DNA of 64,000 nt, from assembly GCA_963724485.1 (NCBI GenBank), contig CAVRUW010000009.1, positions 198,999 to 262,998 on the forward strand, read 5' to 3'. Both the position numbers and the translations under genes were made by a program. The first letter of the stretch is position 1, and each line of letters opens with the position of its first letter. The notes under the pieces were generated by a model, which had not been told where the DNA came from, searched no databases, and was given only the letters and a program-made list of their open reading frames with translations. Positions 38,890-47,046 of this stretch are shown piece by piece. The stretch is from an uncultured Acidobacteriota bacterium. Lineage in GTDB: Bacteria; Acidobacteriota; Vicinamibacteria; Vicinamibacterales; UBA2999.

Positions 38890-38957
38890 GCCACGAAGGG
38901 CACGAAGTCACGAAGGAGGATCCAACCATTTCTTCGTGTTCTTCGTGCCTTCGTGGC
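38890..38957. repeat. CACGAAG-family word-repeat hairpin
   Basis: The left arm gccacgaagggcacgaagtcacgaagga pairs with the right arm cttcgtgttcttcgtgccttcgtggc. Confidence 0.85.
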
Positions 38958-38987
38958 TACGTTTTTCGGGAGCCGCCGTCTCCCTGC

Positions 38988-41024
38988 CTACTGCTGCTGC
39001 GCGGTCGTTGTGACCGCCGGCGATCTCTTGTGCTTCTCGAACCAATGCCGCAGATATAACTGCGTGCGAATGAAGTTCGACGGCCGTGACGTCGTGCCGT
39101 GCCACTCCTCGTTGAAGCGAATCATCGCCGTTGGCACCTTCAGCAGCTTCAGCGCGCTGTAGAACTGCTCGGTCTGCGGCATCGGCGTGCGCAGGTCCTG
39201 CACGCCGGTCATCAACATCGTCGGCGTCTTGACGTTGCCAACGTAGGTGAGCGGGGAGCGTCGCAGGTGCTCCGACGGGTCTTCCCACGGCAGCTTCTCG
39301 AAGTTGTAGTACCAGCTCGCACCGTCGGTCGTTCCGACGAAACTGACCCAGTCGATGACGGGACAGTTGGAGGATGCCGCGGCAAAGCGATCGGTGTGAC
39401 CAACGACCCACGCCGTGAGCACGCCACCGCCGCTGCAACCGGTCACGAACATGTTGCGGGGATCGACGAAGCCCTTCTTCAACAGCTCGTCCACACCAGC
39501 CATCAGGTCGTCGTAGTCCTTGCTCGGATACGCGCGCATGATCTGGTTGCCAAACGAGCTGCCATAACCCGTGCTGCCTCGCGGGTTCGTGTAGAGAATC
39601 ACATAGCCATTGGCAGCGTGTTCTTGCCAGCCGTAGTTGAAGCCGACGCCGTACATGCTGTGCGGCCCGCCATGGATGTGCAGCTGCATTGGGTACTTCT
39701 TGGCGGGATCGAAATCCGGCGGCGTGACGTACCAACCCTGAACTTTCAGGCCGTCCGGCGCCGTGTACCACATCTCAGTGACCTGGCCGAGCTTCTTGCC
39801 AGCAAGAATGTCGTCGTTGACGGACGTCAACTGCTTCACCTGCCCGGGCGCGCTCAAGTCGTAGCTGACGATGTCAGCGGGCTTCTGCGGTGAGGACAGT
39901 GTGCCAACCGCTTTGCCTTTGGCCATGCTCGACGTCGTGAGCATGTGCGTGCCCTTGGTGACGACCTGAACCTCGTCGGGCCGGCTTCCAGCCAACGGCA
40001 GGAAGTACAAGTTTTGCGAGCCCGAGTCCTGCGCGGTGAAATACAGGCCCGTGCCGTCTTCCTTCCACATCACGCTCTGCGGCGAACGATCCCAGGCGCC
40101 GGAGACCATCCGTGGACTACCGCCGTCGATGTTCATGACGTACAGCTTGCTGTCCTGCCACGTGTCCTTCGACCAGTCGTTGCCGGTGTAGGCAATGCGC
40201 TTGCCGTCCGGTGACACCTGCGGATTGCCGTCGGGACCCTTTCGTTTCGTCAGCTGCGTGATCGCACCGGTCTCGGTGTTGACGGAGTAGATCTCCGACT
40301 CGCGCCACTGGTATTCAGCGTCCTCGGTGCGCAGCGAGCCAAAGAGGATCTGCTTGCCGTCCGGGGTCCACTCGACCCCGTTGTGGTGCCAGTTGCCATC
40401 GGTGAGCTGGCGGGGCGTCCCGCCGGTCGCGGGCACGACAAAGATGTGCCGATACACATCGTCATCAAAGCCCGTGCCGTCCTGCCGATAGTCGAGCCGT
40501 TCGACAATGCGCGGGGTTTCGACCCAGCGAGCGCCTTCGGGAGCTCGCGGCATCTTGATCGGCCACGACACTTTCGATTCGACGTTCATCACGAACCCGA
40601 CACGCGTGCCATCAGGCGACCAGGCGATTGCACTCGGCGCCTTTTCAACGCGTGTGATCTGCGATGTAGCGCCTTCCGCATCCATGTAGCGAACGAAAAT
40701 CTGCGAACCGCGCGGCTCGCCGGTGGCCGTGTAGGCGATTCGGTCGCCGCTTGGCGACCATCGGGCGTTGCTGCCTCGAACCAGGAAGCGGTTCTTGGTG
40801 CCGTCCGCATTCATGATCCAGAGCGAGGTCTCGCGGCGGTCCGCCTGTTTGTCGACCCAGCCGCGGGTATAGATGATTTGCGTGCCGTCCGGTGAGACTT
40901 GCGGATCGGTCACGGTTTCCAGCTCGAGATACAGGTCGAGGTTCAGGCGGTCCGAACCGGGTGCCTGAGCTGCGATCAATGTCGGCAAGCACGCGAGCGC
41001 GAAGGCTCCCGCCAGTCGCTTCAT
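38988..41024 (-). CDS. exported S9-family serine peptidase with a TolB-like propeller
   Basis: The ATG at 41024 is preceded by GGGGGAGGG. Propeller motifs VSPDGTQIIY, WSPSGDRIAY, WSPDGTRVGF, WTPDGKQILF and VSPDGKRIAY. The nucleophile elbow is GCSGGG. Confidence 0.85.
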   Translation of the reverse strand: MKRLAGAFALACLPTLIAAQAPGSDRLNLDLYLELETVTDPQVSPDGTQIIYTRGWVDKQADRRETSLWIMNADGTKNRFLVRGSNARWSPSGDRIAYTATGEPRGSQIFVRYMDAEGATSQITRVEKAPSAIAWSPDGTRVGFVMNVESKVSWPIKMPRAPEGARWVETPRIVERLDYRQDGTGFDDDVYRHIFVVPATGGTPRQLTDGNWHHNGVEWTPDGKQILFGSLRTEDAEYQWRESEIYSVNTETGAITQLTKRKGPDGNPQVSPDGKRIAYTGNDWSKDTWQDSKLYVMNIDGGSPRMVSGAWDRSPQSVMWKEDGTGLYFTAQDSGSQNLYFLPLAGSRPDEVQVVTKGTHMLTTSSMAKGKAVGTLSSPQKPADIVSYDLSAPGQVKQLTSVNDDILAGKKLGQVTEMWYTAPDGLKVQGWYVTPPDFDPAKKYPMQLHIHGGPHSMYGVGFNYGWQEHAANGYVILYTNPRGSTGYGSSFGNQIMRAYPSKDYDDLMAGVDELLKKGFVDPRNMFVTGCSGGGVLTAWVVGHTDRFAAASSNCPVIDWVSFVGTTDGASWYYNFEKLPWEDPSEHLRRSPLTYVGNVKTPTMLMTGVQDLRTPMPQTEQFYSALKLLKVPTAMIRFNEEWHGTTSRPSNFIRTQLYLRHWFEKHKRSPAVTTTAQQQ

Positions 41025-41128
41025 AAACCCTCCCCCTTTTTCTGGCGCAGATTGTAGCGCGGGTGCCCATGCCTGGAACCGGCTCAAAGCGTCCGCCCTG
41101 GCGCTCGAAGTCATACTAAACTGCTTAG

Positions 41129-41908
41129 GTGGCGACCAGCGCGCGTCGAATGCTCATGTTCGGGCTGCTCGTGGCATTTGCCGCCAGCCCTGCCGCGCAG
41201 CGACCAGTGCGCAAGGAGCTGCTCGTTGCCGCCGCTGCCAGTCTGAGCGTTCTAGGACCACAACTCGCGAAAGCACTACACGACGCGACTGCGATCGACG
41301 TGCGGTTCAACTTCGCTGGATCGAACACCCTGGCGCGTCAGATCATCGAAGGCGCTCGAATCGAGATATTCATCAGCGCTGATCCGACGCAAATGGACGT
41401 CGTTGAACGCGCCGGGCGGCTCGTACCCCACACGCGCGTCGACGTCATCAGCAACCAACTCGTGGTGATCACGTCGGTCGGACAACGACCGCAGCAGTGG
41501 CCGGACGCGTTGGGATCCCCGGCGATCCCTCGTGTCGCGATGGGCGATCCGGCGGCAGTGCCGGCTGGCGTGTACGGCCGTCAGTGGCTCGAGACCGTCC
41601 GACTCTGGCCGGCTGTCGGTTCGAAGGTGGTGCCGCTTCCCACGAGCCCGGCCGTGTTTGCTGCGGTTCGTGCCGGAGGCGCGCAAGCGGGCATCCTCTA
41701 CTCGACCGATGTCCCTTCTGGAGAGCAATCGCAAGGCGTCTCAATCGTGCATCGTGTCTCCGATGCCGATGCTCCGGAGATTGTGTATCCGGCGGCCGCG
41801 ATAGTCGGCGGCCGCGTATCCGAGGCGCGAAAAGTCGTCGAGTTCCTCCGTACCAAGGAAGCGCTCGAGGTTTTCGTTGCCGCGGGGTTTCGGCCGCTCT
41901 CCCGCTGA
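41129..41908 (+). CDS. modA: molybdate ABC transporter substrate-binding protein
   Basis: LLVAAAASLSVLGPQLAKA...RFNFAGSNTLARQIIEGARIEIFISAD is typical of ModA. The start may instead be the ATG at 41150. Confidence 0.85.
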   Translation: MATSARRMLMFGLLVAFAASPAAQRPVRKELLVAAAASLSVLGPQLAKALHDATAIDVRFNFAGSNTLARQIIEGARIEIFISADPTQMDVVERAGRLVPHTRVDVISNQLVVITSVGQRPQQWPDALGSPAIPRVAMGDPAAVPAGVYGRQWLETVRLWPAVGSKVVPLPTSPAVFAAVRAGGAQAGILYSTDVPSGEQSQGVSIVHRVSDADAPEIVYPAAAIVGGRVSEARKVVEFLRTKEALEVFVAAGFRPLSR

Positions 41909-42209
41909 ATGAGCGCGCCTGCCCTCGGCATTGCGGGTTTCAGTGCCCTGGTGGCATTGGTCGCGACGCCGTCGTCCTGCCACCGGGTGTCACGCTCGGA
42001 TGGGCAAGCAGTTTCCCGGTCGCACAATCGTTGAAACGCTCGCGATGCTCCCGATGGTGATGCCACCGGTAGCGACTGGTCTCATCCTGCTGCATTTGTT
42101 TGGTCGACGAAATGCACTCGGACCTCTCGTTCGAAATTCGGCTCGAGCAAGGCGAGTTCGTCTTGCGCGCAGGTTCGCCGTCACAGGTGCTATAGCCGGG
42201 CGGCGACGT
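41909..42209 (+). pseudogene. decayed modB (and possibly a modC N-terminal fragment)
   Basis: ModB-like segments lie in three different frames: MSAPALGIAGFSALVALVATP; PPGVTLGWA; KQFPGRTIVETLAMLPMVMPPVATGLILLHLFGRRNALGPL. A short DLSFEIRLEQGEFVLRAG piece then ends in a stop. Confidence 0.55.
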
Positions 42210-43382
42210 ATGCTAGATGGCAGGAACGTGCTGACAAGAGGCATTCCACATCTCGTGATGGGGATGGGACTCGCGGCTTGGATGTCCGTCGCGGCGCAGG
42301 CCCAGCAACCCGCCGATGGGCCGAAAGCTGTCGTGCTGGTCAAGACCTTTGCCGACGGTCGAATCACTCGCACGGTCGTCAGCGCCCGCAAGACCGGATC
42401 GTGGACGCCGTTTTTCCCGCGACTCAAGAGCTGGACGCCACCGCCTGGGAAAGCGCCGATCAGCGCTCTGCGGGTGTCGCACGTTCTCACCGAACAAGGC
42501 GTGCTCGTGCAGGTCTCGATCCTGCGCGGATCCCCGCATCAGGAGGAAGAACAAGTCGAGTCCGTGACCGTGCGGGCGGATCAACCCACGGTCGTTGAAC
42601 GACTGCGCGACTTTGGTCTCGAACCAGTAACGTTCTCCTTGATCCCGCTCGATGCGACGACGCTGGTTCCTCCTCGAGTGGACAACCAGACAGCAGGACT
42701 TTCGGTTGAAAACATCGAAATGGTCCTCGATCCCGACCCAAGGTATCGCGTGACGGTCAGGAACCTGACGCAGAAACCCGCGATCATGTTTTTCGTGAAG
42801 ACGTTCGTGGCCGATCAACTGACCTCGAGCGGGCGGCAAGGCAACCAAGACGGCACTGCCTTGATCGGCCCTGGAGACGCCTTTGAATTCCTTGTTAGTG
42901 GGTCGAGCCGTTCGAACCCCACGGCGAGCGGCTGGTCACCCGGTTCGCTCGACGCGATTGAGCTCGCGGCGGTGCTGTGGGATGACGGCACGTTCGAAGG
43001 AGAGCCCGAACATGTCGCGACCTCTCTTCTGCTGTACGTGGGTCGTCGCGCCCAGCTTCGGCGAGTGGTCGACATCATGAACGCCGCGATGGATCCGGCG
43101 GACGCGGTAAAGACAATTACCCGCCTGCGGACGCAGTTCGAGGCGCTGCCCGTAAGGGTAGACGCAACGACACGCGAAGCGGCTCTCGAGCGACTCAAGA
43201 TGGTTCTTTCAACGCCGCCGGCGGACTACGAGCAAATCATCGAAGCTGCACTGGCCTCTGTGAGGACTGGTGCCCTTCGAGACGTCGGCGACGCACCAAC
43301 GTCCTCACCGGCATTTTCACAGTGGCATCGCGAGATGGTGGCGCAGTACAACACCGCCCGAGCCAATTTGGCGAGGCGCTGA
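42210..43382 (+). CDS. hypothetical exported protein
   Basis: In-frame ATG at 42210, with alternative Met codons in VMGMGLAAWMSVAAQAQQ giving a signal peptide. There is no recognisable motif. Confidence 0.5.
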   Translation: MLDGRNVLTRGIPHLVMGMGLAAWMSVAAQAQQPADGPKAVVLVKTFADGRITRTVVSARKTGSWTPFFPRLKSWTPPPGKAPISALRVSHVLTEQGVLVQVSILRGSPHQEEEQVESVTVRADQPTVVERLRDFGLEPVTFSLIPLDATTLVPPRVDNQTAGLSVENIEMVLDPDPRYRVTVRNLTQKPAIMFFVKTFVADQLTSSGRQGNQDGTALIGPGDAFEFLVSGSSRSNPTASGWSPGSLDAIELAAVLWDDGTFEGEPEHVATSLLLYVGRRAQLRRVVDIMNAAMDPADAVKTITRLRTQFEALPVRVDATTREAALERLKMVLSTPPADYEQIIEAALASVRTGALRDVGDAPTSSPAFSQWHREMVAQYNTARANLARR

Positions 43383-43384
43383 TC

Positions 43385-43885
43385 TTGCCTGTGATTTTGG
43401 AAAAAGCACACGCTCAAGACGTCCCGGGCATCGCCGCTCTTCGAACAGCGGTCGCCGAGCGTCTGACCCGCGATTTCGGTAAGGGACACTGGTCACAGGG
43501 CGGCACCGAGAGCGGCGTCATCCGGGATATGGCCATCCCCGGCCTCTATGTCGCGCGGGATGGTGGAAAGTTGATCGCAAGCCTGCGGCTGGCTGCCAAG
43601 AAGCCATGGGCGATCGATCCCGCCTACTTCAGCGCCAGCCAGTCGCCGCTCTACCTGACCAGTATGGCCGTGGATCCGGATCGGCAACGTCAGGGGGTTG
43701 GTCGCGGCTGCATGATCGACGCGCTACGGATTGCGCGCGAGCGCTCTGCCAACGCGATTCGTCTCGATGCCTACGACAGCGTGGCCGGCGCCGGGGGTTT
43801 TTACGAAAAGTGCGGATTTCGCGAGGTCGGTCGCGTCGTCTATCGAAACACCCCGCTCATCTACTACGAGATGTTAATCGGATAG
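43385..43885 (+). CDS. GNAT-family N-acetyltransferase
   Basis: The acetyl-CoA motif is RQRQGVGRGCMIDALRIA and the length is GNAT-like. The start is the TTG at 43385 (GAGG 8 nt upstream) or the GTG at 43391. Confidence 0.7.
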   Translation: MPVILEKAHAQDVPGIAALRTAVAERLTRDFGKGHWSQGGTESGVIRDMAIPGLYVARDGGKLIASLRLAAKKPWAIDPAYFSASQSPLYLTSMAVDPDRQRQGVGRGCMIDALRIARERSANAIRLDAYDSVAGAGGFYEKCGFREVGRVVYRNTPLIYYEMLIG

Positions 43886-43964
43886 TTACAAGTTCCAAGT
43901 TACAAGTTACCAACCAAGGAACTCTGAACTGAACTTGTAACTTGTAACTTGTAACTTGTAACTT
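43885..43964. repeat. CAAGTTAC-family word-repeat hairpin
   Basis: The left arm gttacaagttccaagttacaagttacc pairs with the right arm gaacttgtaacttgtaacttgtaacttgtaactt. It ends 6 nt before the next ATG. Confidence 0.85.
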
Positions 43965-43970
43965 ATCGCC

Positions 43971-45371
43971 ATGATCCACTCACCACCGGTGATCGCTCTC
44001 TTCTTCACGCTGATCGTTAGCAGCGATGCGTTCGCGCAGCGAACGATGCGCTTCGACTACTTCCACACCGGAAATGCGAAGCAGGAGATGTTCAGCGTCG
44101 ACCGCGTGGTGATCGAACCGCTCGAATGGCCGGGCAGCCCCTCGAAGACCATCGATCGCACGAACCTTGGCAAGTACTTCTTCGAGGTTCAGGATCGCGG
44201 GAGCGGTCGCGTCCACTACTCGCGCGGCTTTGCGTCGGTCTACGGCGAGTGGGAGACGACAGACGAGGCGCAGAAGGTCAATCGAACCTTCCACGAGTCA
44301 CTACGATTTCCCGAACCCTCTGGACCCGTACGGATTGTCGTCCGGAAGCGCGACGCGAAGAATCAGTTTCAGGAAGTGTGGAGCGCCGAGGTCGATCCCA
44401 AGGACATGTTCGTGGATCCCTCGACGCCGCCGTCGCCAGGCCCGCTCATCACGATCGAACGAAACGGCGACCCCTCGACGAAAGTGGATTTCCTGCTGCT
44501 TGGCGATGGCTACACCGCCGCCGAACGCGGCAAGTTCGAACGTGATGCGCGCAGGATGGTCGACATTCTCTTTGCCACATCACCCTTCAAGGAGCGTCGC
44601 CGCGACTTCAACATTTGGGGGCTGGTGCCGGCCTCGGCCGACTCCGGCATCTCTCGCCCCTCCACGAACGTCCATCGTGCCTCGCCGATCGGTACGACTT
44701 ACGACGCTTTTGGTTCTGAACGCTACATCCTGACATTCAACAACCGTGCGTTCCGCGACATCGCGGCATTTGCGCCCTATGAGTTCGTGGAGATTCTGAC
44801 CAACACCCGGACCTATGGCGGCGGTGGCATCTTCGGACAATACGGAACGGTCGCCGCGGACAGCGACCAGGCGCCCTATGTGTTCGTCCACGAGTTCGCT
44901 CATCACTTTGCCGCGCTCGCGGACGAGTACTACACGTCGCCGGTCGCGTATGCGGCTGCGACGGGCCCCCGCATCGAGCCGTGGGAACCCAACGTCACGG
45001 CTCTCCTCGATCCCAAGACATTGAAGTGGCGCGATTTGGCAGAACCGGGAACTCCCCTGCCCACACCATGGTTGAAGGAGGAGTTCGAGAAGGCCTCGCG
45101 GGCGTTTCAGGAACGGCGCGGGAAGATCCGAGCCGAGAATCGTCCGGAGTCCGAGATGGAGGCGCTGTTTGCCGAGGTCCGCGGCTTCGAGCTGAAGCTT
45201 TTCGCGCGCGAGAAATATGCAGGGAAGGTTGGGGCCTTCGAAGGTGCCAACTACGAGGCCACCGGCTATTTCCGGCCCGAGGTCGATTGCATCATGTTCA
45301 CGCGTAGCCCGGCGTTTTGCGCCGTCTGCAAACGCGCGATCGAGAGCATCATCGCGATGTATACAAACTGA
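43971..45371 (+). CDS. M64-family (IgA-peptidase-like) zinc metallopeptidase
   Basis: HEFAHHFAALADEY is the zinc motif. The N-terminal FDYFHTGN module is present. Confidence 0.8.
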   Translation: MIHSPPVIALFFTLIVSSDAFAQRTMRFDYFHTGNAKQEMFSVDRVVIEPLEWPGSPSKTIDRTNLGKYFFEVQDRGSGRVHYSRGFASVYGEWETTDEAQKVNRTFHESLRFPEPSGPVRIVVRKRDAKNQFQEVWSAEVDPKDMFVDPSTPPSPGPLITIERNGDPSTKVDFLLLGDGYTAAERGKFERDARRMVDILFATSPFKERRRDFNIWGLVPASADSGISRPSTNVHRASPIGTTYDAFGSERYILTFNNRAFRDIAAFAPYEFVEILTNTRTYGGGGIFGQYGTVAADSDQAPYVFVHEFAHHFAALADEYYTSPVAYAAATGPRIEPWEPNVTALLDPKTLKWRDLAEPGTPLPTPWLKEEFEKASRAFQERRGKIRAENRPESEMEALFAEVRGFELKLFAREKYAGKVGAFEGANYEATGYFRPEVDCIMFTRSPAFCAVCKRAIESIIAMYTN

Positions 45372-45376
45372 CGGAC

Positions 45377-45482
45377 GAGCCTCAGAGACTCAGAGAGTAA
45401 TCAAGTTACGAGAATTGAGCCACGAAGGGCACGAAGTCACGTCCTTCGTGGCTGACTTCGTCCTGTGTCTCTTACTCAGTGA
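45377..45482. repeat. composite word-repeat element (outer CTCAGAG arms, inner CACGAAG arms) between convergent genes
   Basis: The outer arm gagcctcagagactcagagagtaa pairs with cctgtgtctcttactcagtga. The inner segments are ccacgaagg (45420-28), acgaagtca (45431-39), ccttcgtgg (45443-51) and tgacttcgt (45453-61). Confidence 0.8.
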
Positions 45483-47042
45483 TCACTGCTGCGTCGTCGG
45501 TGTCGCGCTCTTCCGCTTCGAATCGAAAAAGTCGAAAGCCTTCGGAATATTCGGCACCACCATGTCGGTGTGATTGCCGCCAGGCACTTCGATGTAGACG
45601 TGGTCGACACCAAGCTTCTTCATCTCGGCCACCATCGTGCGCGATCCGGAGACATTGACGGTTGGATCCGCATCACCGTGCACGACGATTTGCGGGATGT
45701 GCTTGAACGTCGCAATCGTCGAAGGATTGCCAAGCCCTGAAAACGGCGCCAATGCCGCCCAGATGGTCGGATGCTTCGCGGCAATGGCCCAAGTGCCGAT
45801 GGCGCCCATCGAATGGCCCATCAAGTAAATGCGTGATTCGTCGATCTTGTAGTCGGCGCGTGCTCGCTTCAGTACTTCCATCACATCCTGCTCGCTCAGC
45901 TCCACGCGCCGGCGATCCGCTGGCGATGCATCCGTCGGCAGGCTGAACCCATAGAAGCCATCGACTCGGAATCCCAGCGGCGCTACGACGATGTAGCCGC
46001 GCTGCTCGGCGAGGGTGGGAACGGTCTTGGCGTAGCCGTCCATGAACGAGTCTTCGTTGGCGCCGAGGCCATGGAGCGCGACGATCAGCGGGTATGGCTT
46101 GCTGCCGTTGTAGCTGGTGGGGATGTACACGCGGTACGGCATGATCTCTTTCGCGGCGTCCAGCACGTAGTGGCGTTCGAAACCTCCTGTCCGGCCAACG
46201 AACGGATTCTTGCCACCCTTGGCCGCCGCTGCGATCGACTCTGCGGCTGCGATTTCGGTCGCGACGTTGAACTGACCCAACTCCACGGCGCCGCGATTGA
46301 TCTTCCGGATGTAGTCGGCCGGGTAATGAAGGTCGTCACGGATCTCGGCCGGCGCCGCCGCCACGGCGGCCTCGATCTGACGCAATCTGGCGTCGAGACC
46401 CCTCTGGAGCGACATCCTGAGGCTGACCGTTCCGAGCGATCGCTCACCGTCCCTGACCTCGACACTCAATACCTGGGGGCCGTCGGCAATCTTCGAGAAA
46501 TCCAGATCCATCGCGTAGGGCGATTCGCGCAGATCGCGAGCCACCTGTTCGAACTTGCCGATCTCTGTTCCCGGTTCGCTCGTAGCTGGTTGTCCAGGAG
46601 GGCCTGGAGCAGCAGGCGGCCGGATCGTGGCGATGGCCGTCAGCGGTTTCGTGAGCGTCGTCGCGGGCGCGAAGATCTGCTCGATCCGGACCGTCTGGGG
46701 CTGCGAGGAGTCCAGGACGACGTTGCTCGTCCGAAGCACCAGCGAGCTCTGGAACTCCTCGACCTCGGTCCAGGGGCGGCCCGCCAGTAAGGCGAGACCC
46801 TTCGCGAAGAGTCTTCGTACGTCGCCGGTCCGGCCTGCACGCGTGGCCTCCGCCAGCTCCTTGTCGACCTGATCGAGCTGTACTTTGAGCTCGCCGTCAG
46901 GCTTGGTCGTACTTTTCTGCGTGTTGTAACGAACACGCAAGGAGTTCAGGTTGGGGAGCGCCTGCGCCCACGCACTGGTCGACCCGACGAGAAGAGCAAT
47001 CAAGGGAAGCGCAGCCGTCCAAGTCTTCAAACGTGTGGACAT
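45483..47042 (-). CDS. exported protein with a C-terminal alpha/beta-hydrolase (esterase/peptidase) domain
   Basis: Start at the ATG at 47042 (MSTRLKTWTAALPLIALLVGSTSAWA). Motifs LIVALHGLGANE, GHSMGA and VVHGDADPTV. Confidence 0.75.
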   Translation of the reverse strand: MSTRLKTWTAALPLIALLVGSTSAWAQALPNLNSLRVRYNTQKSTTKPDGELKVQLDQVDKELAEATRAGRTGDVRRLFAKGLALLAGRPWTEVEEFQSSLVLRTSNVVLDSSQPQTVRIEQIFAPATTLTKPLTAIATIRPPAAPGPPGQPATSEPGTEIGKFEQVARDLRESPYAMDLDFSKIADGPQVLSVEVRDGERSLGTVSLRMSLQRGLDARLRQIEAAVAAAPAEIRDDLHYPADYIRKINRGAVELGQFNVATEIAAAESIAAAAKGGKNPFVGRTGGFERHYVLDAAKEIMPYRVYIPTSYNGSKPYPLIVALHGLGANEDSFMDGYAKTVPTLAEQRGYIVVAPLGFRVDGFYGFSLPTDASPADRRRVELSEQDVMEVLKRARADYKIDESRIYLMGHSMGAIGTWAIAAKHPTIWAALAPFSGLGNPSTIATFKHIPQIVVHGDADPTVNVSGSRTMVAEMKKLGVDHVYIEVPGGNHTDMVVPNIPKAFDFFDSKRKSATPTTQQ

Positions 47043-47046
47043 CGGT

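Noticed and set aside
41025-41128. Possible molybdenum-cofactor riboswitch or ModE operator upstream of modA.
   Set aside because: The gap is only about 100 nt, and I cannot identify the conserved Moco-motif helices or a ModE-type inverted repeat by eye. A cmscan search would be needed.
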